54,350 nucleotides of DNA, filler included, from Sphacelaria rigidula (GCA_964200075.2; 4 parts of 4 records of this genome joined end to end with filler, not necessarily neighbours in it); one strand, 5' to 3'. Counted from the whole stretch's first letter, positions 1-13,514 are shown. Translations and numbers: made by a program. The notes: generated by a model from the letters alone, not told the origin.

Positions 1-2789
1 AAGTCGTATCGAGCGTGAGGCCCGTGGATTCTGGAGAAGTCCCTCACTGAGTAGCCCTCTTGTCCAGATCGTCTGGCAGAGGCTATAGGGCCTGGTTTGT
101 TCCTCTAGCAATATTTTTTTGTTTCTTTTTTTTTTCCCGGTCTTGCATTCCATTATTGGATTATTTTGATGTTTTTTCTATGAATTTTGTTGGACCCGCT
201 CCTACCCTTTGTTTCAGGTACCCGGTCCGCTCATCCCATTTTTTCGTCCTCGAAGAACGTTGATCCTACTGTAAGGCGCCGCACCCTTCTCATGTAGAAA
301 TATACCTGCGTCAGCATTGCACAAAAGGGTGGGCACCGAGTACCTGCTTGGACACTGTATCGTGACTGAACTGTTGATGTACGATGTAGTCCCCCAGTGT
401 CCAGCAGGTTAACAAAAACTGGTCGATAGGAGAAAAAGCGTGCAATACTCCCGTCAACCAGCAAACGTTTTCCTAGGGTTATTTTTAGTGGGTCAGCTCT
501 TTGCGAGTCCCACACTACCCAGGGTTGGTGTAACCAATCAAGGGTGTCTAAGCGCCGTTACTATCTGAAAATAGTTACCCTCTGTTTTCGATGGTTTCTG
601 CTCTCTAGTCTAACTGAGATCCCGGGAAGACATGGCACATGCGAAAGCAGTCGCTGTGATCTGAAAGAGCGTAAGAGATTTTTTCTCCCAAGCGATGAGG
701 CTTTTCCCCTCAATAGCAGGTTTTGCCCATCCTTCCGATTTCATGGCGAGTTTTTCCCGCGGTTAATCTTAGCCCCGAAATTCTGCGGTTTTCTCGTCGT
801 TGACGTGATGTTAGGCTGATGGCATAGAGACTTGAATGAATCACCCCCACAGTGAATTGAGCTGTGCCTTTTCCCGTCTTGCGTGAGTAGCGTGCACAAG
901 GCAAGGGAGAGGGATGTTACAGCGGATACCAACTGTATATGTAAATGTAGTAGGCGTTTCGGAGTACGCGTGGCAAGTGCAATAGGTCTTAGTCCATTCG
1001 CATGTTGGCGTTGTATTCCAAATGGGCGTCCTTCACCGGAGCCCCTCGCCTCTCACAACTTCCACCACCTAGCAACTTCGGCTCTAGCTAACCAGTAGCC
1101 AAGCCTAATAACGAAGCTATCAGCCATCACCTGGAGACATCTCGCTTGCAAGCATGTCAAGAGCACTTCTCTGCACGTAAAAGTGAGTCAAGACTTTGCC
1201 CTATGATGCAGTGCTGGTCGGACTCAAAGGTCTTTGTGCCACGAGCCGGAGCCGTTCCGCTCTATTGCAGCTATTTGTTACAACCGGCCGTTTGCTTGTT
1301 GCAACCTCTGGCCTGGTGTGTTCCTGGAGAGTGATGCCCTCATCACCTCGTGGCCAGACCACTACATATGCTCTTTTTATTCTCCAAACGAGCAAACACT
1401 CTCTGCACATGAGTTGGCACTTGTTGAGCCATTGACACCACCTGGTGTCGCCCAGCACCCCCTGCGTTGGCGTGCTTCACACGCTGCTTTTACTCCAAAT
1501 ACTCCGTAGAAAAAGTGCGAGATGCACTCTCTGAGTACCTATCCCCGTATTGGGGAGGTCGCAACTCTTTCCGCATGACCACGGGCGTCACGCTGGACGT
1601 CCCACTCGAACCGGTCGCCATAGCTGTAATCGGCTACCTGCGAACTTTCCCAGACCATCAGACTTTCGCGAATTGCACACTGCCTTGCTTCGTCGCCGCA
1701 CCGCACAGTCGTAGGAGCCTCCAAACTCCCGCTGCATGCAGCTTCAGCAAGTCTCCAGGCTGGATCAATTATGGCCCAGCCGCCTTCTTGCAGCCGCCTC
1801 AGCTAGAACCCTCTTCATGCGTCCGTGGTTTATCAGGTTTCCCATAGCTACCATACTCCTCCGCCGAAATCCTTTCCGGCAGGTTTCTAGCACTAACACA
1901 AGTACTAATATCGATAGATCGCTCTGCTTCGCATCACACTTCCAATTTTCCTATCCTTTCTCACATTGAAATGGAATGGAAAACGGACAGAAGAGACAGA
2001 CGCCCTCAATGAAGAAAAGCAAGAACGGCATACAAGCAGAAGAAGGGACGGAAAGAAAGTAAGGGCCATAGATTGACGATGACAACTCTTTCGCGCATCG
2101 CACCACGCAAATTCCAGACATCATCGTTCTAGTCCGAGTGACGTCCTTCCACGTGCGCAAGGGTGCGCAGGAAGGCGGAGCTGAGACCGGAGTCGTCGCT
2201 CGGCAAGTTCCCGCTAGGTTCTCTCGATCTACCCCTGGCCACTACTTGTAGATCTGCCTTGACGTACACGTACAACACGTGCCTCCCGGAATGCCAGTGG
2301 GCATCAAACGGGGCAAACGCGCTAGTGCCACCCCCAGTAGTGCAATCGTACTTGAGCCATTTCCACTGCAAACGGAACTGCGTGACGTAGTGGGCGCCCA
2401 CCCAGATAATTTACACAACCGAGATCAAGGAGTACTCTACGCCTAAAGAGAGAGTCTCGGACGCGTCGCGGGGAACGCCAACGACTGCGTCGACGGCATG
2501 TGCATGTAGTACTGCGCGTGTACATGTCGTAGTCTGTTCGCATTATGATGCTTCGTCACTATTGGGGGCGGTGGGTGAATTCAAAAATGTGTTCGTTTTT
2601 GGACTGGCGGGTCTGCTCAAACGTAGTATGGAACTGGTTCTATGGTACAGGCCGGTATACGCCGGCCGGAAATGAACTATATTTCTCGTACATTTATTCA
2701 CGCAAAACGTATACCCACCTATATAGCTGGATCCTTATTTCCACTGTGACCTTTCATCATGACCGATCCCGCGTTGTTTTTTTCTAATT

Positions 2790-3698
2790 CGGGAGCCCAC
2801 ATTTTTTTAATCAGCTACCCATTACGGATGTTTTCAAACAAAGTGGGTTCGGGTTACGAGCAAAACCAGAGCCAAGGTTTTTAATTTGAGAGCGCCACCT
2901 CTACAAACCCGCTCAGCGGGCAGGTGAACAGCACGCATATAGTTCCCATGAACACAGCTACACGCATAGAAGGTCAGAAGGTTTCGAGGTTACAAACTGA
3001 GGCACCGGGGCGACCGGCATACAGCAGAGACAAACACGAAGAGGACCGACGGAGTATCGGAGTCCAGCCAGCACGAGTCAATGTTGAGCACGACGGAAAA
3101 CACCCACTTTGATCTTTCATCATCCGGTGGTGCCGTGGATGACATTTTTTTTCTCGAGATGATGGGCACAAAACATACTGTACGATGTAGACTTTACGGT
3201 AAAACGGTAGTACAATGAAGTGCCAGGGTGTTGCAGCAGGCAAGAGTATTCACAATACAGGCCGTGGATTTTGCGAACAGTACGACATTACAACTATAGG
3301 CTATGCTTCGCAAACACGACACAGCTGTAGCCTGTACTTGTTATCTTGTACTACTCCATTTCCGAGTACAGGCTGTACTCTGCCAGGTTACAAGCACGGG
3401 CTGTACTCGCGAGCACAGTAGGTAGCTGTGCTTTGCCAATACAGTACGGTACTATACCGTCTTCACTGTAGGGTTCGAGGTCACATTCAGATGCACGTCC
3501 ATGGCAGTGGATGCAGATGCAGAGGATATGACTACTGACTACTGCCTGCACTACGGTACTACACGTGAAGGCTTCACTTTGTTTACTGTGTGTGTGTTAC
3601 TGCTGTGTACTGCCTGCACTCCGGTACTACGCGTGAAGGCTTCACCTTGTTTGAAAACATCCGTGACGGGCAGCTGATTAAAAAAATGTGGGTCCCCG
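2790..3698. mobile_element. Non-autonomous DNA transposon, Tc1/mariner-like (about 55-bp TIRs)
   Basis: 2790-2846 (CGGGAGCCCACATTTTTTTAATCAGCTACCCATTACGGATGTTTTCAAACAAAGTG) is the imperfect reverse complement of 3643-3698. Right end CCCCG|TA, left flank TT (possibly a mutated TA TSD). Internal ~68-bp-period duplication at 3541/3609. No transposase ORF. Confidence 0.65.
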
Positions 3699-4133
3699 TA
3701 GGTGGATATACTTTTTGCGCATTAATTCAAATCTGGGAGTGGTCGGTTGATGAGGTGATTTGGTTCCTCCGGAAAGCTCGCTCCACATCAGTAGATGGAC
3801 AATCAATCTTGTTGCACTAGCGAGTGTCCTCCCTTTGTCTTTACCAGTCTGGAAGCACATGCTCCGAGCTGCCACCTCACGTTTACCGCCATTGCCAAGA
3901 TAATAAGACAAGAGCACGGACAGCAGCTGTTGTGGCCGCTACACACCAACGTAACTACAGTGAATGCGCATGGCGAGTATCCTTTGAAGTGTCGAACTAC
4001 AGAGGGAGAGTTGAAAGAAGAAAGACAAAGCTGGCGGCTACTTCATGCCAGGGCTCCAGTGCAGAAAGGTCCTCTAGATCTTGTTTGTATGCGGGGGGCT
4101 GTCAAGTGCCGTGGACCACGAGAAGCAGCAAGT

Positions 4134-4172
<39 letters not shown>
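4134..4172 (+). repeat. (CAG)13 microsatellite
   Basis: Perfect CAG x13. It explains the poly-Q/A/S ORFs in the track. Confidence 0.95.
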
Positions 4173-4176
<4 letters not shown>

Positions 4177-4430
4177 TTCGTTGCCAGTAAATGTACGTGG
4201 CTGGGGGTCGGTCTGAATCAACCGGCGCCGATGCTGCTGATGCTGCTGCCGCTGCTCTTGATCGTAGACGGTCCGCGTTTCGATCGTGCGACAACACCCA
4301 CGCACCTTACGAGTGATAGCCACCGTGCTGGACAGCGCTGACACACACACGAATCGGCACCGGCTGATTTAGACCCACCCCCAGCCGCGTACATCTACTG
4401 GCAGTAAAGATGCTGCTGATACTGCTGCTG
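4160..4430. repeat. Imperfect inverted repeat (about 75-bp arms, about 120-bp spacer)
   Basis: 4160-4232 (CAGCATATTCGTTGCCAGTAAATGTACGTGGCTGGGGGTCGGTCTGAATCAACCGGCGCCGAT) matches the reverse complement of 4353-4430. Confidence 0.85.
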
Positions 4431-4740
4431 TTGCTTCTTCTCCTCCTCGTGCGGAACGCGATTTGAACGGCGCGTGATTTCTCGTGATGCTGCAGAACAT
4501 CTGTGTTGTTTTCTGTTGAGTGTAGTACTCCGCCGCATCTCTCAACGTGCAGATCTGGGTTACAAGTTTTTGCATTTGAATACAGTCCGTCACGAGCGAC
4601 CAGAAAACACGGCATAACTGCCTTGTCTGGTGTTGAGAGTAGTACTCTGCAGTTCATACACCACTGCAGAGTGGTCTGTTGTGAGTATACCAGCCTGTAG
4701 TCAAGATAATGGGGGTCATCTTTTGAGCAGTTTTCCAAAA

Positions 4741-7700
4741 GGTTATGCTGTTTTTTTTAGAGGTTCTGCTGGGTTTTTTTTCAAGTATTCCGAAAAAAAC
4801 GAGAGTGTTTTCTGTCACAGAAATCTATAGCCGAACCTGGAATAGCCTAAGACAAAAACCAATTTGAAAATTGGAATAAACATGTGAACGACGCACACAA
4901 GTTGTTGAAATGTATGAACGACCTGAGTACAAGATCAACAAGCAACTGCAGGAGGATAGCGAAGGCCCCCTTTCGCGAAAACTCCTGGCGGCCTCTGTTC
5001 GCAAGCATTTTCAACGATCTTCAAGCAGGAACTCGCTCGAGCAAAGAACATATCATCGGGCGATCAGCCCCTCGCTGCCAAACGCCAACCCGGAAAATCG
5101 ACGACTGGAGCCACAAGGGGGGATCGAGGAAACTTCAGGGCTTAGTCCGCGGAAGCGGCGGGGGCCAGGGCTCAAGCAATTACGGATCCTCATCTTCGAC
5201 GGACGGCGGTCAGACCGGAGGAACACAACTATCATCTGCGACGAGCAGCGAAGCGACGCCTGGGCCACCGTAGCGCTGTCACATTTGTCGGGAAACAACG
5301 TGCAGGGCAAGAGATTGCCCGCACAGGCCCCGGGGTAAGTGCGGTAAGAGGGGGCACAAAATAATCGATTGGCCGAGATCACGTGCGGTTGGTGAAGATT
5401 TGGTGACGACGGTGGGTGTGGTCAACGACATCGAGGACTTACTCGTGTGTTCGGAAACGGAGGGAAGAGTTCACCACCGAGGACACGAATGTAGACGACA
5501 CCGCAGGCCAGTGCATGTTTTCTGTCGGGACGAGGCGGGGTAGAGCAGCCACGTGGGGGCTAATCGTGGGTGTTTGACACGGGGGCGACCCAGCAATGTG
5601 AGCCTCGCTCCTTGATTTGACGATGACACTGCAGTGCTGCATGTGGAAGTTGAAGACCATATACAAAGTATCCGTCACCCTGCCTTCTCGCTGACCCGGA
5701 TTTCGAACGCCCTTGGCACCTAAAGTCTCATGGCTGTAGGGTAGATTTACTGCCAATCAACACCGGAGATACCCAGCCAAAAATGACTCCTAAAAATGTG
5801 CGTCAAAGGCATCGATTTTACGAGTAGCGGCAACTATCGATCTGCTGTACTTGCATCGGGGGCTCCACCCAACCCCAAGATCGCTGGCATGAATGATTTC
5901 CAGTGTTTCCATACCCACGCACACGAGGACTTTTTGCGCAAGACCGCCAAGCAGGACGGAGTGCAAGACGGAGGGCAGCTGCGAGGCATGCTGAAACCGT
6001 GCCGTGGGTGCTCGGCTCCGACGGCTCACTCCAATACGATCACATATAAAAGCAGCTAAGCCAACGGCAACAGTGTTCATAAATCTTGCAGCGCGAAAAG
6101 CCATTCAATCTCTTGGGGGGAAATGGTGAATGATGATAGCTCATGGTTACTCTCGGTACAGTGGGCTGCGTTTCCTTCATTCGAAGGATGAGGCAAAACA
6201 GCACTTTACGAAGTATCTCGCAGGAATAGCTCCTCGCAATGTAGAGATAGCCGGTAGTGTTGTTTCTTCCAGGGATCTCCACGTTACACGCTCACGTTCA
6301 CGTAACGTTTCGTTTGGTACGTTTAGAAAATAATGTGACGTTAACATTCCATGTGAAATTTTAACGCTACTTGAACGTTTCGTTTGGCACGTTGAAAAAC
6401 TCCAGTGTTACGTTTCGCTACATGTAACGTAATATGGAACGTCTCCTGGAACGTGTAACATCTAATACAACGTTTCATTCTCGTAAGAGGAAGTGTTTCA
6501 TCACGAAAGGAAGCAGAGGGGGCACTGTTTGGGGATCATGGACACAGGAGAGGATGGGCGGTTTGTTTGTCCATGAACGCTGGTGAGGACAGATGAGAGC
6601 GTCAGGATGCCAACTTCGAAAAGAACCTCGCAGCGGAGAAGGACAGAGCAGCCGGCTAATTTCCGTTGAGGACGGAATATTTTTGTCTGTTGGGTTCTTG
6701 GTACAGTTGTTTGTTGTCGGTTTGCACATCAGCAATGTTGAAAGCGCCCCAATGAATGTCGACCATGCAGTGAAGTCGGAGTACAAGAAAGTGTGGGTCA
6801 ATGCAATGTTTGCGGCACTAAACGGTCACGAAACGATTTGGACTGATACGATACCTGAAGAGGTGAATGTAATCACGGCGGAGTGGATTCTGGCTGGAAG
6901 ATCGACGTCGAGGGTCAACCGCCGAGGTGCAGGCTCGACTCGTAGCGTGTGGTTTCGGATCGCGTTTCGCAGTAGATTGATTACTCCGAGCATTTGCGGC
7001 CATGCCATCTATGGCGTCCATGGAATTGGTCATGGCCGTGGCGGTACAAGGAAGGTGCCCTCTGTATCACTGTGATGTAACACATTCACTGAGATGGACA
7101 CAGATGTAAACATGAAGCTCCCGGAAGGTTGTGACACCTTGACCGGAAAACCTCGAAGACTCAAAAAAACTGTCCATGATTTTAAGGAGGCTGGGAGGTA
7201 GTGGCCACAACTCCTTTGTAAAATACTGCTGGAGGATGTTGGAATGAAGCAGAGTAATACTGATCCGTGCGTATTTACAAAGGAGAAGAGCGCGTTGAAG
7301 TTGTTCTAGTCGTGCATGGAGATGACATCTTCATCCGCGGTAAAGGTGAGAAAGTAGACATGGTGAATAAGAGTCTCGACGAGGAATTCCCCACCAACAG
7401 CCTTGGTAAGGTTAAACACGTGGGGTGCTGTAGGCAAAGATTGGAACAAGGGTACGCTATCCGTGACCCACACAACATCCACAGACACACTGCTGGAACG
7501 TTTCGAGGCGACACGTTTGTCAGATACCATTTCCTCACTTCTGCAGACTTGGAGTCAATAACGGAAAAAGGCTCAATTGTACACCGTCCGTATCGTAATG
7601 CCGGAGGAGGGGTAATGTGGTAGGCAGGCGTGACTAGGCCAGACATGACGAACGCAGTTTGAGCTCTGGCACGCCGGCCAAAACATCCGTGTGAGAGGCA

Positions 7701-8285
7701 CTGGGATGGAGAGTTGAAAGTGTTGCCATACGAGTACCCAACCAGGACCAGGGAGTATATATAGTTTAACATGCACGTCAGGGGAGAAAGTGCTTCCCGT
7801 GTGCCGTGACGCAGACTGTACCAAGAGAGAGACAGATAGATGTTCGGTTTCCGGAGTAGCTGTGATGTACGAGAGAGCGGAGACATTTACCACGAGTCCT
7901 GCTCAACACTGCGTTGCAGCGCCGACCACCGAAGCCGAATGCGTGATGATGGCGAAAGTGGCCAAGAAATGCACTTTCGTCAGGGCAGTTTTGTCGTTCT
8001 TGCGAACACGGGTTGTTTTGGGGCGTGTGATAAAACTCTGGGATTGTTCTTTCCGTGGACAACATGGGGACCAAGGCTTTGGCTGTAAACACCCTCAGTT
8101 CTGAGCGCAGGGAGCACATCGATGAGGGATGCCGTTTTAATCGGGACTTGGTAAGGACAGAAGATACCAAGATCGTACATGCAGATTCAGGATGGCAGCA
8201 CCTTGATATCCTGACCAGAGCCCTCCCAGTCACGTTGTTCAATAGGCACCGACGCGCCTCGATGAATCTGGGGGATGACAACTAG
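4741..8285 (+). mobile_element. Degenerate Ty1/Copia LTR retrotransposon (gag-PR-IN-RT-RH)
   Basis: Domains occur in Copia order, broken by frameshifts and stops: Gag-like ORF 4910 and two decayed CCHC knuckles (~5270-5372, CHICRETT..RARDC and KCGKRGHKIID); protease WVFDTGAT (5567-5590); pre-integrase HTHAH..CRGC (ORF 5796); integrase QSLGGK..YSRY..FLHSKDEA; RT PEEVNVITAEW, MKLPEGC, DPCV, VVHGDDI; RNase H DAD..DRCSVSG..TTEAE, DN..ALA..HID..QH.DILTRAL ending at 8285. GGTTATG at 4741 may be a PBS remnant. No matching LTR pair found, so the ends are uncertain. Confidence 0.93.
6270..6448. mobile_element. ACGTT-rich MITE-like insertion interrupting the Copia integrase
   Basis: Integrase similarity stops at ~6250. 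The segment is built from (A)ACGTT motifs and has imperfect termini CAGGGATCTCCACGTTAC / GTAATATGGAACGTCTCCTG. No TSD seen. Confidence 0.5.
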
Positions 8286-8710
8286 GCACATGTTCTTCTT
8301 GTGTGTATTGATGTGTTAGCTCTAGGCGTTCCAGGTCTTCGTTTACGGAACATACTTTTGCGTTGCGTATGTCGGGTAAAGCCATCCACGCTACTTTCAG
8401 GGGCACAGGTTTGTAGGGTGTTTCCCGGCATGAAGTGCTGCCCTGACGGGCGTCCCCAGAAAGAGCTGTTGGATTTGAGAACAAGCATTGGAATTGTGAG
8501 GGATATTTTTCCGGCGCTGAAGGCTAAGTTCACCCGAACTTTTTCCCCCACTGGAGCTTTCGCCTTGTATGAACTAGATCAAGGTGGGTGTTACCGTGGA
8601 CAGATGCAGTCGATGAGATCTTCGTTAATGTCGGGGATCAGGCTGACCTGCGTGCCTTGACAGTCATGTGTGCGTGAAGATGGTATTGTGCAGTGGCCGC
8701 CGTCCGTATG

Positions 8711-8975
8711 TGGTAACCACCCAAATCACTCCTCGTCTCTAGCCACCCACTCCCGTGTAATAGTTCTACTCCTGTGCTCTCTGGTTGATGGATAAACTGC
8801 CGCCCATTGACTGATACCCCATGGATCGAGCCAAGGATACATCACGTATCCGAGATAACCAAAGAGGAAGCACTCGCTGAGGAAAAGTGAAGGAAAGAGA
8901 TAGGTATTACATATGGAGTAGACCTGAAAGAAAAAATCAAGGCAAAACAAAGACAACTCCCCACCCCCCCCCCCC
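8711..8975 (-). mobile_element. 3'-terminal fragment of a non-LTR element (LINE/SINE tail)
   Basis: The motif ACTGATACCCCATGGATCGAGCCAAGGATACAT (~8810-8842) resembles ACTGACCCCCCAGGGATCCAGCCGTGGTCACAT at the 3' end of the LINE fragment at ~29472. Pyrimidine-rich 3'UTR-like tract on the minus strand. Confidence 0.55.
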
Positions 8976-9349
8976 AGAAATTTCCGGCCTCTTCAACATG
9001 GCTCCAGTTGGAAAATGTCTTGAGCACAAGGACATACACTCATACTCGATTGAAAAACAGAGCCATGGGAACAGATTACAGCCCATCTATTTCGGCCACG
9101 CTATTTTGGGTATGAGCTTTCACCCGTGATCCTTACGGGAGCGAGGCATCGAACTGCGACTTGCATACACCGGGAGATATAAAACTAAATAGAACCATCC
9201 ATACTTCGCCAAGGGCCAACCGATAACAACTGCGTGGACGATTAAACGGAGACTAAACTTTGCACAAATGCTTCGGCCTTCAGAACAAAAGCCTACTGGA
9301 AAATGACACCTCGATATCTCGTTTATACCAAACTGTGAACATGCTTTAA

Positions 9350-10641
9350 CCCTTAGTCAGTAAGCGTCGCCTGGGAACAGTTTCACAGGCTTGACAGTCC
9401 AGGGACATCCGGGAGTTTCCAGGGGGTGGGGCGGGTGGTTATGAAAGGGAGTTGGAGGGCTGTTTGCAGAACAGCCAGCTCACCCATTCAATCATGCGTG
9501 ATTTGAAGCTTCCCACGGAAAATTATAAGCCAGGAACGAGGCCCGACAGGAGCAGAGTGGAGTGACCACTCTGACCAATCACGGCTACCAAAATAGCCAC
9601 TTTTTTCCCCTACAGGTGGACTGCAGATAGACTACTTTGCTGTCTAGCGGTATTTCTCGGTTTGGTATGACAATTCCACCATAGATAACATGGGCACATA
9701 CGTCGTGCTTTTTGCTCGTGGTCTACGCCGCCTGCAGGACCCCTCATGTGTCGCCAGCATAGTTTCACCCTGTACTGTTGTTGTGCAACACCAAGCAGAG
9801 ACATCAGCAGCATGCCGTGGACGGTGTTCAGTGGAGAGCGATGGCACGTTGACTGTTGCTTGCCGCTGTATCCAGCGAAGACATACGGCACACATACTGC
9901 CTCTGTACGCCATTGGCTACAGGGTCAAAACCAGTCAGGAGTTCTCCAGGACTATAGCACTGGGCGCCTGGACTATTTTTTGTTCAGAAGGGTTTCTTTC
10001 CCGCGATTACTCTTCGATATAACTTGGAAATGCTAGCGTCGGTAGTTTCTGGTAAAATGAACAGATGGTCTCCCCTCCCCCCCCCCTCAGTGCCCAAGCT
10101 AGTGCTTGTTGGCTTTATCGGGCGATAAGAGTAGATACCCCCTTTATCAGGAGGGTGTTATTGGCCGTGCAAGACAGCTTTTCGGCTCTAGTGCAGTGAC
10201 TAGGTAGGATTTCATAAAAACAAACTTGTGCATTTTTTAACGAATACGATCGGGATAGGCTCGATCGACCTAAAATACAGAAGAGTCAGAATCTGGGCTG
10301 AAACGTGTTAGGACACCCGATGATCGGTCAGCCCGTAGGTTACTCAATATTGAGTACAGATTATTTTTTTCTTGGGAATGTGGAGCGCATACCATGTATA
10401 GTTATCTTAAAATCCTCGATGGGATGAGCGGTGGCAAGCGAAAGAACCTCAGAAAATCGCCAACTACGAAGAAATTGAATAATGATTAGTTCAGGCGCCC
10501 AGTACTGTAGTTTCTATAAGGAATCTGTATAGATGCCCCAACATCCGCATGTTTCATGAGAAAAGGCGTTTCGTGTAGAGAGAAAAGGATTGTTCTGAAC
10601 TGCGAATGTGGCACATCTGAGGGGGGTTTGCCGTCTAAGGG
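9350..10641 (+). mobile_element. piggyBac-like non-autonomous element, family A (TTAA TSD)
   Basis: TTAA|CCCTTAGTCAG ... GCCGTCTAAGGG|TTAA. The first ~600 bp and the last ~110 bp align with the copy at 38668-39392. Confidence 0.85.
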
Positions 10642-10769
10642 TTAATGCAGCAGTTGGTCCATGAAACAAGCCTTTGATACCCAGCCAAGCCACGTGTGAG
10701 CTAGTTTTTAGCCATGTGCCTCGACGCGCTCCTTGTTAGTGCGAACACGGGGTATAACACCCCCGTTGA

Positions 10770-11072
10770 ATAACCCAACACAGTCGCCGCCCTAGACCAA
10801 AATAAAAGATCCACCACTGGTGCGTTATCATTTGACCGCGAGGGTAGGCCACCTGCTGAATCGGCATCAATATTCACATTAAAGAAGTATGCGTGATCGT
10901 GGTGGATTACCCGCACCGCGGTCTAAGGGTTATTGCAGGCTAACGGGATCCAGAAGAAGAGCTTTCGGGACGACTTGAATTAGTTCAGGACACTGTAGCG
11001 AGTAGACAGCATGGCGTCGCGCAGTGCAGCACGCAGTACATCTGCGTGGAGGAAAACGACGCCGAGATCAAA
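10770..11072 (-). pseudogene. Decayed second exon of the ankyrin gene
   Basis: Acceptor ctctccttctag| at 11073 gives a 91-nt intron. Ankyrin-like pieces (VLHCA; LACNNAPVVDLL once the MITE at 10829 is removed) lie in different frames, with an in-frame TAA. Confidence 0.5.
10829..10929 (-). mobile_element. About 100-bp piggyBac-like MITE, family B (TTAT TSD)
   Basis: Reverse complement of CCCTTAGACCGCGGTGCGGGTA...ACCTACCCTCGCGGTCAAA, also seen at 18619. TTAT on both sides (10825-10828 and 10930-10933). Confidence 0.88.
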
Positions 11073-11163
11073 CTAGAAGGAGAGAGTCAACATAAAAAGC
11101 TCGCGCAGTAAACATGAAATTTTACATTTACATGCGTGCGCGGTTGCCTGTCTGGTGTCATAC

Positions 11164-11496
11164 CTTTCGGATCAGATATCGGAGGATACTCATTTGTCCT
11201 TGCACTGCCGCCAATTCCAGGGGGCGCCACCGTGAGGTACTGTCCCCGCCAGTGCTCTCGTTAACATTACACCCGCCAACTTCAACCAGCAGTTTCACCG
11301 CGTCCAAACTCGCGAGCTTGCAAGCGATGTAGAGTGCAGTATGCCCTGAAGGCCCCTGCCGACCTCGAGGATCCAGACCGCTGTCCAACAACGCTTTGAC
11401 ACGTTCAATCCTGCCCGACATGATCGTCCTGTACAATAATTGAAGAAAATCCACCTCCGTTTGCGCCGTTGCGGCTGGTTTCTTCCGGGATGGCAT
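11164..11496 (-). CDS. Ankyrin-repeat protein, exon 1 (111 codons)
   Basis: ATG at 11496, donor AAG|GTATGA at 11163. Encodes ..GRIERVKALLDSGLDP..GHTALYIACKLASLDAVKLLVEVGGCNVN..RPLELAAVQGQMSILRYLIRK, i.e. about three ankyrin repeats. Confidence 0.85.
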
Positions 11497-12877
11497 TTCC
11501 AGCGGGGATGATTCACACGTGAGATGTGGAACGCAATATATAGGATGGTGAGTTAATCTACAAGAAAGTAGGTCCCCTTGAGTGCTAGGACACCAGCTAA
11601 TTTCATTACATGTTTTGGAGTTGCCCACTCAACCATCCACGCTCGGTCACCGACGGAGATGGGAAGGAATTACCTTCTCCGACCCGTCGGCAGGGATTGT
11701 CCTTGCAGGACGCAATGGTATGTATATATATCGTAGTGCCACGGACGGTGCATACATGCATACAGCATAATACGGCACACCAGTTGCAGCGAAAACACGC
11801 ATACAGTTAATTTGAAATGTGGATACGCCTTGAATGCTCAATATTGTCGGCAGGTGCTATCCTAGGAACTTCTGAATACTGCTCATGTGGTATTTTGAAG
11901 ATACCAGGTGTTATTCAAGAGTAATCAGGGCGAGTATGGTGATAGCCCATCAACTTTCCACACCCTGTCAACTCACTTTCTATTCCATTGTGCTAATTTT
12001 CACGACGGCAACGCATGCGTGATTGCTGTCCGGTATTCGAACCCACTGTATTGCCCATTCTGGTCGCGATGACATGCCAGTTTGAACCCTGGAGTCCGGA
12101 GGCCGGTGAGCAATATAGGAAAACAGAATCATAGGTACAGATCAAAATCATTTCCGGGCTGCCATCTGTGCAGATACCGCATAGATGATTCAGACAGCCT
12201 GCACGATTTTCTTGGGATCTTTGACCTACTGTTTCGAGCTTCCACATTGCCGTGCGGGTCTGAGACATCGCACATATGTGCAGTGCAATAAAACCAAATA
12301 TTATAGGCATAGGGGATGGGGATCCTCCGCGCAGGCCTGTGGATGAAATCAGAGCGCGGTCATCTCTTGTGCCATCCACCATAGATCGGGAACATTTCGA
12401 GCCCCATTCAGTGGCCGCTGTCTGACGCATCATGGGTGTCAAACACGATCTCGATGAAGCTGAGCGGCTTCTCCGACAGGTGACCGATGCTACTTGTACC
12501 CACCGCGGTGCTAGTTGTACCTCACCGCGGTGTCGGGTACTGTGATCTGTACCGTACAAACCTGTGTCGACCGAGGTTTGTATTACTCGCGCATGCAGTT
12601 CCATGTCGCGTCGAAGCACTGAACATGATACGCCTTCAGTGTTGATACATGGTTTTATTGAATCACGCTGCCAACTCTTATCTGCTCATCAGAAGTACGG
12701 TAGTCGGAATGATCCCACGGTGAGGGGGACATGTTACTGCGACTGTATTATAAATTTAGCCTGGATATCCCACCTACACTGCTGTAGCTATTATAGCCCG
12801 TGACGACGAAAGGTGTCCGCGTCAGATGCCCAGTACGAATGTACCGCACAGAAATCGGAACGGATTTTAATGTGAAG

Positions 12878-12900
12878 ACAACAACAACAACAACAACAAC
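12878..12900 (+). repeat. (ACA)n microsatellite
   Basis: About 7.5 perfect ACA units. Confidence 0.9.
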
Positions 12901-13514
12901 TGCACATATCGTACATACAGGCTGGTTTACGCTCATCACCAAAACTTGTGTATCAGCAAATTCCTTCCGCAATACCCACCCAACAGTCAACAGTGTCACG
13001 AATGGTATCATAGTGACCGCAATAAACAGATGAGCATAAATGTGGTGCAAAGCGCGAAAATGTACTAGGGCCAGTAGCCGGATTTTCGTTCGAGGCTATG
13101 GAGGTGATGCAAAGGGCGAGAATGTACCTGGCAATGAGCGTCCTCTAAATTGTTCTGAAATTGAGAAACGCAAATTCCCGACCCCGTCTATCCACAATCT
13201 CCACAGGCTGTAGGTCACAGTGATTGCCATCAGCTCAGGAATCGAACAGAAAAAAATAGATTTGGAAACGGTCACTAGTACTGTCGAGTCACATTATACC
13301 TCAAACCGTGGTATTTCGGTGATGTGGGGTTTGGTGTCGTCGGATTTCCAGTGATGGTGCTCACGGGAGACCCAGGAAAATTTCCCCTGTATCTGTCGTA
13401 CCAAAGCACAGATCGCCCTTGAAGTTAGCAGTTCCGTAGGCATTTAACAACAAAATGTGCAAATTGAGGTTTAACTCAAAGATGAGGTTCAAGCCTAAAA
13501 AAGTGCTTTCCCCA

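Noticed and set aside
3795..4350. Poly-Q/poly-A/poly-S proteins
   Set aside because: Produced by the (CAG)13 microsatellite read in different frames.
11993..12619. 208-aa minus-strand ORF
   Set aside because: No recognisable motif or convincing splice structure; treated as a chance ORF.
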